From Puccinia triticina (Eukaryota), in assembly GCA_026914245.1 (NCBI GenBank), contig CP110439.1:1922001-1986000 (forward strand): a stretch of 64,000 bases of DNA, written 5' to 3'. A program made the position numbers and the translations under genes. The notes beneath the pieces were generated by a model that did not search any database, was not told the DNA's origin, and was given only the letters and a program-made list of their open reading frames with translations. This document shows, in pieces, positions 10,981-22,398 of this stretch (positions within the stretch are counted from its first letter, which is position 1; each line of letters begins with the position of its first letter).

Positions 10981-13900
10981 CAACGCTGCAACCAATCTGA
11001 TCCAATCCTTGTATTGGCCAATCCAGGTTATCGGATCATTTTTTCGATACAGAGTATTGAAAACTGTGGATCGTATCGACTTCTCGATATGATCCCACGG
11101 GATTGTATCAAGAACCCGATAAAAAGTATTGGATGTATTGGTATCACATCACGATACCGATCCAATATAGATACAGGCTTGAAGGGATCCACTTTTAGGC
11201 ACGTAAAAATTTAGATTTTATTTTTACTATACATAGAGTTGGTTACAGATTGCTGCCGGATACAATAATGAGGAATGCACTTTAAAAAACAATGTGTTGA
11301 AGTCTGAGAATCAGCGCTTCTCAAGGGCCTTCTGTGTGGTGGCCTGGGTGATGATGCTCTGAGCAGCTTCAAAATTTTTGTCCGGTTGAACTCCTTGGAC
11401 GACCAATTGATGTGAACTGACGCAGCGTTCAATAGTTCTTGCGGCTAGACTCCCTCGATCGCCGCTGCAGTTATCGGCTGCAGCTGAGAAGCACCTCTCA
11501 ACGCTTGCAGAGGTTGCCGAGCAAGCCAGATAGTCGCGGGCAAGGAGGGCCAAGGTTGGGAATTCTCGGCCATGGTCCTATCACATAAGTGAAGCTCAGA
11601 ACCAATCGATCCTTTTAGTTCAAAGATAAAAAAGGCTTACTTTCCACCAATTCAAGCATTTGCTTGCTTCAGCCGTAGGTAACTTATGCTTACCCTTGAG
11701 ATAGATAGTCAGCTCATCTGAGCAAGGAACATTGACCGATTGAGGAAAGTAGTCGATTTCTTCGCAAACTGTTTTGCTTGAGTTGGCTTTATCAAGAACT
11801 GGCGGGGCTGGGCTTGCACTAGACGCTGCATCAACTTGAGCTTTCCGAGTGTTGAAGAGATTGCTCAGTAAATCAAAGACATATCCATGCTTGGCAGGGA
11901 AATACAACTTAAAAATCGACATTCGGAAGCTGGGATTGAGAACGGTTGCAATGAGGATTGCATCACATCTCATTGCCTCGTTAAGATATGTAGTTGTTTT
12001 TGTGAGCATCCTTGCAAACATTGTGTTGAGTTCGGGTTCGGAGCAAGATTCCATCTTCATCTTGATGAAGGTTTTGATGTGTTGATACTCCGAAATGATT
12101 AAGCACGCCGAGGAGTAGTCACCCTCCATTTTTTTGGTCAGATAATAAAATTCCTAACAAATGAGATGTTCCATGGTCTATTAGTGTTTTGTGCAATTGA
12201 AGCAAATAAATCGAAGATTGACTCACACTGAGAGTTTCATTCAATCTATTTACAATCTTCCACTCATATGGGAGTATTTCAATATTGTTGAAGTAGTGAT
12301 TTCCACCCTCTCGTTCCACCCGATCGTTTTTGTTTTCCAGTAATTTTGCAATGATCTTTCGAGCTTTATAACCTTGATCCCGGCTTTGGAACTTAATGTT
12401 CCAGCGAATACCGTACCCGGCGATGAGGCTGGGCCCGTCGAAGTCAAGTTTTTTGCACCACGTGTCGTACTCAGATTGTTTGGCTGCTGAGGATGTGATC
12501 CTCTGGATAATAAAGTCGACCTAAGCGGAAAAACCAACTGTTAGCTTTGGAAAACAGCCAACATGCAGAAAAAGCGTGCCTTTTTTAAGCTTTTGTCAAT
12601 TTGATTCTTTCCTCCATCAGGTATATCCCAGGAATCAGGCTCGTCTTCACTCTTGTATTCATCAGACTCCTCGTCATTGTTCTCCCTGAATTCGTTGTTG
12701 TTCGATGATCCCAGAATGGTGTCCTCAGTCACATATAGATCGGCTTCATTGACTTCTTCAGATTCTTCCGCAATGGGGTCCAAGGTTGGGGTGATTCCGA
12801 GTGGGCCGTTTTTCGATGTGACCAACCCTTTTGTTGGTAGCTCAATCGCCCGAAGCCCCGCGTTGAGTATCAGTGCAATTTTGTGGCAAAAACACCTAAT
12901 GTGATTTCCTGAAAGGTCGGGATCGACACCGGTCTTGGTGAAAATGAGCCTATCAACCTCTGAAGCCATTGTGAAGTTATTCAAGCATGAATCAGTTGTT
13001 TGAGCTAAAATGTGTTAACAACAATAATCACCAATATGTTAGTTCAAAAAATCATCCATGAATCAAATTAGCAAGAGGAAATAAAAGCCTTATCTTGTCT
13101 CCGAGTTTGAATTTTGTTAAAATATTAGCAAATGGGATTGCCAAATACTTTCCCTTGTGACTCGATGCAATGAACTTCATGCCGAGATGCGAGATTTTAA
13201 ATTCCCAATCTACCGTAACATAAGCAACTGAGATTCCAAGGAACGCGTGATGGTTACCTTTTGTCGTCCAGACATCATGTATTAATGTGAATTTGGAGTT
13301 CAGTTTCTGGAAGCAGACAAGTTCAGGATTCAGCCACCTTTGCATTTGAGAAACCAAGCAAAACAACATACCTGTAGGCCGGAAATGACATTGTTCTGTA
13401 GGTTGAGATAGAGCCGATGGGCCTCGGTCGCAGCCCAAGTCCGGGAAAAGAGGATGATACCTCTTTGGGCGTAATCAAATGCGACACCTAATAGAAAGTC
13501 TTCGATGCGGCTCCAGGGTAGCAAAAATCGCACAAGCCACATCACTAGAAGCTGGTTAAACACCCTTGGGTCAAAGATGGTGTGTTTTGCGTAGGCCTTT
13601 ATCATCCCGTGTTGTCCTTCTTGCATTTCGTTTTCAACATCCTTTGCGGTGGGTGGTAGGTTTGCCCCCGCAGATATTGCGTCCATTCGTGCCGAGCAGG
13701 GTATACGGTCCTGATTACCATCACAATGTTTCATAAGGTTCGATTTCGTACCGACTCCCTTCTTGTAAACTGTTGAGCACCACTTGCACTTATACATCAT
13801 TTTCTCCCCCTAAAACAGGAAGATATTAGTGTTTTAAAGATTCCCTCTGGATAACTTGGTGTTGAAAATGAAGTAAAAACGTACAGTATCTCCTTCATTT

Positions 13901-14638
13901 GCATGAAATGGTGTTTCAAAGTAATCAGTGATATCATCAAATAAGCTATTTCGTTTCCCCCTCAGCTTCTTAACCTTCAAGTTATCTTCATCCGAGTCCT
14001 GTTCACGGTCAATCCCATCTTCTACTTGATCGGACTCGTTATCAGCAGCAGTACCAGTTTGTTTTTGATTTGCGAGTAGAAGACAAAGTTTGATTTGTTT
14101 TTGGAGTTTGTTGGGAGCTCGGGTTAGGACTTGCTGGCGGCACTAGCGATCTCCAAGAATCTTGGTTAGTCCGAAGAGAGTTTGAATTGGTGCAGGCAGG
14201 CGTTCTGATACGAGTGGACTGGCGGGATGGTGGTCGAGATGGAGGTTGGTGGGGTGATGCAGATGGTTGGGTCATTTTTGGAGTGAGGTGGGATGATAGC
14301 CAGTGTTGAGGTTTGGTCGTTGGATGTTGGTTGCCGTCTGATGGTTGATGTGAATTTTCTTAACATACCGCCAACTATTGTGACAGCACACAACTTGGGG
14401 GGCTTGCGGCTATCTTGTCTATACAGCCCAATACGTATTGGGTTTAGGCTGGATAGTATCGGTCTGCCAGATACACACAGGTAAAATACTGTGGATCGGA
14501 TTGGATGACCAATATGCAAGGCTGCCAATACCATGTATTGTATTGGGAACAAATACAATACCAATACCAAGTATTGGACAGTATCACAATACAATCCGTC
14601 CCGATCCCAATCCATGTCCCGGATTGGTTGCAGCGTTG
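10981..14638 (-). mobile_element. Full-length hAT-superfamily DNA transposon, 17-bp TIR, 7-bp TSD
   Basis: Perfect TIR caacgctgcaaccaatc / gattggttgcagcgttg. ctctcat at 10974-10980 and 14639-14645. Subterminal gtattg/ggat/atcc repeats. Encodes a transposase. Confidence 0.95.
11311..14275 (-). pseudogene. Multi-exon hAT transposase (BED finger, DDE core, dimerisation domain); apparent frameshift in exon 1
   Basis: YKCKWC...SNLMKH (BED finger), HDVWTT and AQTTDS (catalytic Asp), CFCHKIAL (CxxH), IRWNI, WWK...FPTLALLARDYLACSATSASVERCFS (catalytic Glu and hATC). Several short introns, one apparently with a GC donor near 12579. The exon 1 frame stops at 14042 while the acidic continuation is in another frame. 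Confidence 0.9.
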
Positions 14639-14808
14639 CTCTCATCCTCAGTATTCAAACAGTAGTTAAGCTGATAGTACTAGCCCGTAGGATCAAGTAG
14701 AAATCAGCCACACCTTTTCTTCTTTTTCTTAGTGTTACTCTCATACCCTCAGCATTAGTCAGGAAGGCAGCCTCACCAGCACCCTTGCATAGCTTACATT
14801 GGTATTAG

Positions 14809-15284
14809 CAACAGTGGGTCAGCTACGCTAACATAGCTGTTGGCGTAGCGTAGCGCAGCGCAAATGCGCTATTTTTTAGCGTAGCGTTAGCGCAATTGCG
14901 CGCATCTGCACTAACGCTACGCGCAAAGGATGCAAAGCTATTTTAGCTTTTAGCGTAGCGTTAGCGCAGATGCGCTGAATTGCGCTAACGCTAAGCACGA
15001 AAGGCGCAAAAGAGCGTGCGCTATGCTGCGCTAAAGCGTTTTTGCGGCAAAAAAGTGCCTTTTTTCCGCTAAAAGCGCCTTAGCGCAACGTAGCGTAGCG
15101 TAGCGGCTGTAGCGCAGCGCTAACGCTAAACAAAAATTGGTATGCTGTTAGCGCCGCTGAAAATTAACAAAGCGGAGCGGCGTTAAAAGCGCGCTAACGC
15201 TATTCAAAAAAGGTTGGCGCTTTTTGCCGCTACGCTAAACTTTAGGGCTAAAATAGCGTAGTTTAGCGTAGCGGCCCACTGTTG
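14809..15284. mobile_element. MITE with CAACA...TGTTG termini and 7-bp TSD
   Basis: TIR caacagtgggtcagctacgctaa vs ttagcgtagcggcccactgttg. gtattag at 14802-14808 and 15285-15291. Interior saturated with TAGCG/CGCTA. Confidence 0.88.
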
Positions 15285-15499
15285 GTATTAGTGTTGCTAT
15301 CCATCTCCCTTCCAAGCTCTATTCCTACCTTTGAGTAGTTCCACACCGCTCCTCAGACATGAAATAAAAATGATCAAGTTTGAGAACAACAATCTTCTTT
15401 ATTGCTCCTTGGCCCTATCAGTTCAAGTTCACCCCAGATAGTCCCTCCCTCCTTGTTGCCTCTTTTTGTTGAGCTGAAATCTTAACACTGAGGTGTGCT

Positions 15500-15845
15500 C
15501 ATGCCATGAAGCTCTTAATGTTGTTTTCAGATCTTAATCTGTGCACTGTAAACTTTTGGGACCCTTTGGGGCGCCGTGGCTAAGGTTTTTGTGGTGTTCA
15601 TTAGTAGGAAATCCGTCTGCCTAATGGACCCACAGTTGCACATGCCATTTTTGAGGCCAGATAATGCCATGCAGCTAACCATGGGCTTGTTAGATGGTTC
15701 TCTGGCCACTGTAAAAGTTGGGGGGGGCTTTGGGTGCCCCAATGGGGAGTTATAAATTTTTGAGTATTTATGTCTTTTTTTGGAAAATTATATTTCTGAC
15801 TACTAGTACCTTTTGGCATTTTCATTTTTGAATTATGACTACAAA
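15500..15845 (-). repeat. Second copy of the 8.1-kb repeat family
   Basis: Reverse complement matches ~8095-8420. Conceptual translations are near-identical (PPTFTVAREPS.KPMV.CMALSGL). Confidence 0.8.
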
Positions 15846-15917
15846 AATGTGCTGGGGTCAATTTTTGGTCCGCGCAACCCAGGCGCAACGTCAAGGAGTG
15901 GGTCTCCTGACATACAC

Positions 15918-16915
15918 TGTGGGAGACGGCAAAGTGGAAAAAAAAAAAAAAAAAAAAAAAAATTCTAGGCCACATAATTACTCATACTAGGACTCAAGAT
16001 ACCACAAAATGGACCCCAGAAATGGATTTTACGGCCAATTTCACCCCTAGTCACCACTGGAAGCACCCCTGGGCCCCCTCTAGTGTGGAAGTTACACCTC
16101 ATGGACACCTATCACACGGCCAGCCCCAGTAACCCAGCTGTCCCTGCCTCAACCCAAGTTCCACAGTAGTACACTTATACATATCACAGGATACAAATAT
16201 ACATCTCCCTGTCAGGCTGCACTCATTACATATTAGCTAAATACATTCCTTTATGTACATAGTATGACATCATTTACACTGTTTCTGCAGCCTCAGACTT
16301 TGAATACACTAATTACCCTTGTATGACAGCTCAGGCAGTCTACTGTCACCTTATGCATGCGTTAGAATGTTCTGTTGTATATTCTGACATCACTTATGCA
16401 CCCCTGGCATGCTTAGAATGTTTTGCTGTATATTCTGACACCATTCATGCACCCCTGAGGGGTCATGAAATCATTTTTATCCACTCCCACCAGCTAAAAT
16501 CCCTCACCCTGTTGTCTAGATTAGCTGAAACCTAACCCACAAGCCCATCTGGGGCTCCACTTCTGTCTATAAAAGGAGCTCTCTCCCCCCCCCAGTGGTC
16601 TGCTCCCCAGTTCCTCACCCAGAACTCACAAGTCACGCAACACTCATCCACACTCAAATCCTAAAACACTTATAACAGAAATTCAACCCTTATAATAAAG
16701 AAATTCAACCTTTACAACAAAGTAATTCAAACACTTACATGTTGCCAGTCAAACAGATTTCATCTGGAACAGACCAGACACAACACAATTCATAAAACCT
16801 GCCAAGCAGAGCTTGGTGGGTCTTGTTGACTGATAACAGAAGGGCAGAGCTGTCAACTCCATCATACCCTTCAAAATTCAGCAAAAGGGTTTCATTACCA
16901 CTTTTGAGTCTTACA
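15918..16915 (+). mobile_element. Solo LTR (family A), 4-bp TSD ACAC
   Basis: TGTGGGAGAC...GAGTCTTACA. acac at 15914-15917 and 16916-16919. TATA block ctataaaaggag at ~16568. Both ends match the inverted copy at 57270-59251. Confidence 0.82.
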
Positions 16916-17179
16916 ACACGCAGTTTGGTAGTTGGAAATCAAAATTTAGGTAGTCAATTAATCAAGATTCTCAAAATAATATCAAATATTAGTAGTAACA
17001 AATCCCCCCAAAAAACTGTTTTAGGAAAACAACTCCCAAAAAAGGGGCTAGGTTGATGTCCAGAGCTGGTTGAGATTTGGTCCTGGCAACATATGAGAGT
17101 TGTTTTCTAAATGTATGCAAGGTTTTTATGAATAAAGGTTGTTTTTTTGTATGTTGGGTGTACTGTAATGGTTGAGTGA

Positions 17180-17560
17180 TGAGCTCTGGGAAAGACAGCT
17201 AAGTGGGAGAGAGCTCCTTATATAGACAAATGTGAGGGAATTTGGCTACAAGGAGGCCCCTGGATGAGGGGATTTAGCTACAATGAGACCCCTGGTTGGG
17301 GAATTTCAGCTGCAGGAGAAGTTGAATGAGTGAATGTGGTTGGTCAGATATGTACATGACATGCAGAAGGTACAAACATCTGAATGAGTGACTATGATTG
17401 GTCAGAATATGAGGGATTTAATGTAGTACTTCTATGATGTCACCTGCAGCTGTCAGTTTTGAAAATCCACTGATTTAGACTGTATGTACATGCTATGTAA
17501 TGTAAATAAGAGTGTGTAGCTGTCCTGCAGCAGGGTTGTGTATGTAAATGTGGGGGTTAT
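17180..17560 (-). mobile_element. Partial decayed LTR related to family A
   Basis: gagagctccttatatagacaaatgtgagg...gctacaagg...cctggatgagg matches ~57800-57875. Ends not resolved. Confidence 0.6.
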
Positions 17561-17650
17561 ATATGTAAATCTTGAGGTTTTAATAGGGGGTTGGATATAT
17601 TTGTAGCTTGGAATTGTAAATTCTAGTCCTGTAGAGTCACATCCTTGTGT

Positions 17651-17813
17651 CTATGGTATTCAAAATTGCATAAGATTTTTTCACATAAAATCATAAACTG
17701 CAATTTTGGCTGGGAGATCTCACTTTAAGTTTTATGCACGCTGACATCTCCCAGCCAAAATTGGTTTTATGATTTTATGTAAATAGTGACATATGCAATT
17801 TTGAATACCATAG
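17651..17813. mobile_element. Fold-back MITE-like palindrome
   Basis: Arms ctatggtattcaaaattgcata...cataaaatcataaa...caattttggctgggagat and their reverse complement enclose a ~27-bp loop. TSD unclear. Confidence 0.75.
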
Positions 17814-20800
17814 TCATACTCTGTGATTCCTGAGGAATACTCTGTAAAAGAAAAGAAAAGAAATACAAGCAATTTTCATTTTCCCTTGCTGTGGCACATT
17901 TTAGATTGCCACATTGGATCAATTTTGAAGGACTGTTTTGAATGATCCTAATCTATACTAGCTGGAGAACTTTCTGTCAACTTTGGATCCCCTACAGATG
18001 TTGATTTTAGAGCCCAAAGTACTCATTTATTGGGGGGAAGGTATTCCCATAGCCTGAGGCCGTGGATGTCTTCTTCTGAAGGTTCAGTAGATCTCAACAG
18101 CGTCAGTCCTCTGCTGTTCTGATTTCTGTGCATAATGGCTTCTGTTACTCAGATAAAGGCTTCTTCTCAGATGAGAGCTGGTTTGAGCAGAATATTTCTG
18201 GCTGCTTTGCTTGTCTCAACACTTTTTTTTTATATAGTGCTATTGATTTCACATACCACACTATTTACCTAATATGTGTTATGTATATACATCAAGTATC
18301 TTGTGTAATGGAATGAGACACCAGGAAAATGAATGTTGAAGCGGTCTGTAATATGTGAAGCGGTTGAGTATAGTAGCAGAAAGGAGAAAAAGGAGAGAAA
18401 GGTATAATAATGGAAGAAAAGGAGGAGAAAAATTTAAGAAGCCTGGAAGTTAGGGAAATTGAAACTGAGAAGGAGCAGATCCAAAAAACATAAAGGGTAG
18501 GGAGGGGATATAGATTCTTTGGATTTCGAAAAACCTAACCCATTGTCCCATCCCACCAGAAAATTTTAAGTTCAGAGTGCGTTGAGGCCCCCACAACCTG
18601 TCGCATGCTTCTGAAGAGAAGGGGATCCTTGGATCATCCCCCAATAATCCAAGGCCTGTTGGTCTTCAAGGAGTCTGGGCTAGGTTCCCTAGTCCATTGC
18701 TAGTACATACAAACTTCTGAAATGTGGAGACCAAAAAAAAAAAGAAGAAGAGGATTGATATAACAAAGGAAGAGACGGATATAAAAAACAAAAATACTGA
18801 GTGGAAACAAGACCAAGAGAGAGGAGTGGAAAGATTGGGTGGTTTTTGTTGCTGAGATGTATTTTTGGATGTTAGGGAACCGGTTCGTTGCCAGGATGAA
18901 GTTGGCAACTTTGTCCATTGATTTGGGGTTGTCCATGATTGACCTGAAAGAGTCCTGATTTGCTCCACATTTTAGGCGCCGCAGGTTCCGCTTGAGAGCC
19001 GCCCAAGCCTTTTTATACCTGGTGCAAAACATAATAAGGAAGTGTGCCGCGTTCTCTTGGGCAAAGCAATTAGTACACCTTGGATCCAAAATGTTTTTTG
19101 TTTTAAAAAGGAAATTGTTCAAGGGGGCATGATCTTCCCTGAGCTGAAAGATTGTTGCTGCCAACCCTTGTTCTTGTTGGTCTAGAGTTTGCAACAGTTG
19201 TTTGCAGTCTTTGGAGAATGGAAAGCGTCAGTAGTCATCTCTTGACCAGTCTTTGGCAACCTGTGTTTGGGTTTGGCTGAACTGTTTGATCTTTTCCAGA
19301 CCCATTGGCACTGTTATTGAAAGGAGAGCTGTACCAGGTGGGGGAGATTCCCCTACTGCTGCCGCTTTGGCAAGGGTGTCTGCCTGTTTTTCACTGTTAT
19401 GCCTTCGTGACTGGGGCACCAGTACATTCTGATTGGAAATCATACAAAAGAAATTATCAGTGTATAAATATTGTCCTGGGGATAAGGACCTTGGGTCTGC
19501 AGAGAGCATCAGGGCCCCTGGTTATCACAGAAGATGGCTACCGCCGTGAAATCCTATGAGTGGTCGGCCTCAAGGATTTCCTGTGCCAAGTCAATGGCAA
19601 GCTTAATTCCAATTAAATCAGCCTCAAAATTTGATATGTGGTCCTTTGGGTTGATAGAAGCCACTTTACTTTTTCCCACAGGGTGGGTGACTGCTGCCGC
19701 TCCTGCTCCTTTTTTGGGTATCCAAGATCCATCTGTGAAGATGACCAAAGAATGGTCCTATATTTCTTGGTGCAACTGCTGTGGTATACGTTGGAGCGCG
19801 TCTGCCCTTTTGTCCGTTGAGTTGCAAATTTTTGTGACCGGCTCAATCCAAGGGGGGACTGGCATTGGAAAAATGGTCTCTGTCTGATTAACTGGGAAGC
19901 TATATGTGCTGTTCAGTGTTAGGATCAGGTGAATTGGGCTTGGGAAATAAGCTTGCTTTTTGGTCAGTTCTTTTTGTAGGATATGGAGTACAGGGTGAGG
20001 GGAAGGATGTGTCAGTGCCCAAAGGATGTAGGATTGGGAGTTGCAAAGATGGATTTCTAGCGGAGTTGTCAACCTGCTGCTTTTCCTGACAAAAGCCAGG
20101 GGTGTTTGTCTGAACAAGCCTGTTATCAGCCAACATGCTCGGTGATACAGGCCCTCTAGGGTCTGTGCCGCAGATTTGGCATTCTTCTTTTTGTACCAGA
20201 TGATACTCGCAAACATTATCCTCAAGTACAAAACTGAAATGATCAGTCTTCTTGCCAATCCTGTGTTTAGTCCGTATGTTGATTTGATGATTCTGTCAAG
20301 TTGCAGAATGGTAAGGTCACCGGTTGATTTGACTTTCTTCAAATGCTCCGAGAAGGTGAGTTGCTGGTCAAGTATGATGCCTAGCCATCTGGTTGTTTTT
20401 TTGAAGGTGTGATTGTGGCCGTCAAAGTCAAAGGCTGGGGGCGACAAGGGTTTTCAAGAGAAAAACATCAGTACGGCTTTTTTGGGATCAAAGATGGCCC
20501 CAAACTTCCGGCCCCATTCCAGGGAGCAGGGCCGGGAGGAATCCTCCTGTAGCATGGTTATTGCTTGCTCCATTGAGTCAGCAGCTGCTAAATGGACAAT
20601 GTCGTCAACATATCCAATGGAGATTCTGGATTCCTCCAGGTAGCATATGCGGTGGAACAGTAGCCCACTGTTGTACAATATGTAGAGGTTTACAGATAGG
20701 GGGGAGCCTTGCAGAAGGCCTTCCTTCACTGGGAAAGGTGATGAAATATAGTCACCCATCCAAATGGAGGTGGATCTTTTGGTCAGGAAGGAGGAGATGA

Positions 20801-21564
20801 TCTGTATCAGGTAATCAGGGCAAGAGAGTTGCTGTAGTCGGTCTATTAGATGTGTTGCATAGACCAATGGGTATGCCAATTTTACATCCAGGAAAAAGCC
20901 AGCAACTAGTTTGCCTCTCCTCCATTGGTGTTTCACCCAAGAGGTGAAGACCACTAGAGCATTGATGAGGTTTTGGCCTTGTCAACCGCCCATATGGCCC
21001 TGCGGAAGGATCTCTTTGGAATTGATACAGTGGATCAGGCGCTCATTGAGGATCTTTTCAGTTTACCCAGGGTGCACAAGAGTGCAATGGGGCGGTATGC
21101 ATTGAGTTTGCTGTAGTCCAACTTCCCTGCTTTTCAAATGATAACTGTCACGCAGACCTCCATCCCTTTGGGAAATGGCCTTGTTGTAAGCAGACATTGA
21201 ATAGTGGCATGAGGAATGGGGATAATTGGGCTTCTCCCATCTGAAGCAGCTTGTTGGGGATGGTGTCTGGTCCCACTGCTTTCTTTGTGGGGAGAGAGTC
21301 TATGGAGCAATCAACCTCTGCTAGTGTGATGAATGGGAAGCTCCTCTACTTCTCTGGAAGGAATGTCTGCAAGGTCGCAGACTGTTAAGATGACCAATGT
21401 ACCTTTGAACAGTAGTTCAGCTTGTTCAGCGAAATCAGTGGTTGAAGTTTTATTGGGTCGGTAAAGCGGTTCAACCATGGCGGATTGTTGCGCCTTAGTG
21501 AATTTATATGCCTGAAATGCTGAGGCGTCTCCTGTTCTGGCCAAGAATTTGCGCCAGTGGAGTA

Positions 21565-22398
21565 CAGTGACCCCGCCATGTAAGCATAAGGATGGTGGAC
21601 ACAAATCCTATGCTTACATTGAGGTATGCTTCTTAGCGAAGTAAGCATAAATCAATTATTGCTTATATAGGACTGGCCTTTATAAGCATTGTAAATTCCC
21701 AGGGCAGATTATGCTTACAGCAAGACCGCACATGTTATGCTAATTACATTAGCGCCGCTAAAAATTAAATATAGCTGAGAGCCGCTAAACTTCCAGGCTG
21801 TTAGCTTTAGCTGTAATATCAACCCGCTAAGCTCCGCTAACGCTAAATTACAGCTAAATTACAGCTAATTAGCGGGCCGCTACAGCTAATTAGCTGTAAT
21901 TTGTAGCTAAACATGCACTTTTTCCCAAACATTTTGTAGCTGTAATTGTAGCTGATTATAAGCTACATTGTAATACTAATGTAGCGGCCACAAGAAACCG
22001 CTAATTACAAAACCGCTACGCTAAGTGCAGCGTAATATGTGCAGTCTTGCTTACAGTGTGTGGCTTGAGATATTTGGGAAGCAGATGATTGGGATATTGC
22101 AAGGATTCTGGGGAAAGGAGCTTTTACCTGCTCACTGGCCAACATTATTGAGGTTTCTGAGCTGTAGTTTGGAGATTCTTGTGGTTTCCAAGATGGAGAT
22201 CAGTAGTATCTATGGCCCCTTGGCCTCTTTTCCCTGTTTTATATCAGCATATTTCTGTTTTCTCCCCCCAATTTTTAATGCATTATGCATTATGCATAAA
22301 AAGCATCAAATTTGCGGTAACCAAAAATGGTGGACAGAAATCCTATGCTTACAGCGAATTATGCTTACAACGTGTATGCTTACATGGCGGGGTCACTG
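21565..22398. mobile_element. Tc1/mariner-type MITE, TA TSD, inserted in LINE ORF2
   Basis: TIR cagtgaccccgccatgtaagcata / tatgcttacatggcggggtcactg, flanked by TA at 21563-21564 and 22399-22400. Removing it restores the LINE frame KKVEQLNL-LHWRKFLA. Confidence 0.92.
21721..22049. mobile_element. MITE with CAAG...CTTG termini and 7-bp TSD, nested in the mariner MITE
   Basis: TIR caagaccgcacatgttatgc vs gcgtaatatgtgcagtcttg (17/20). cttacag at 21714-21720 and 22050-22056. Interior rich in TAGCT/GCTAA/TTACAGC. Confidence 0.85.
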
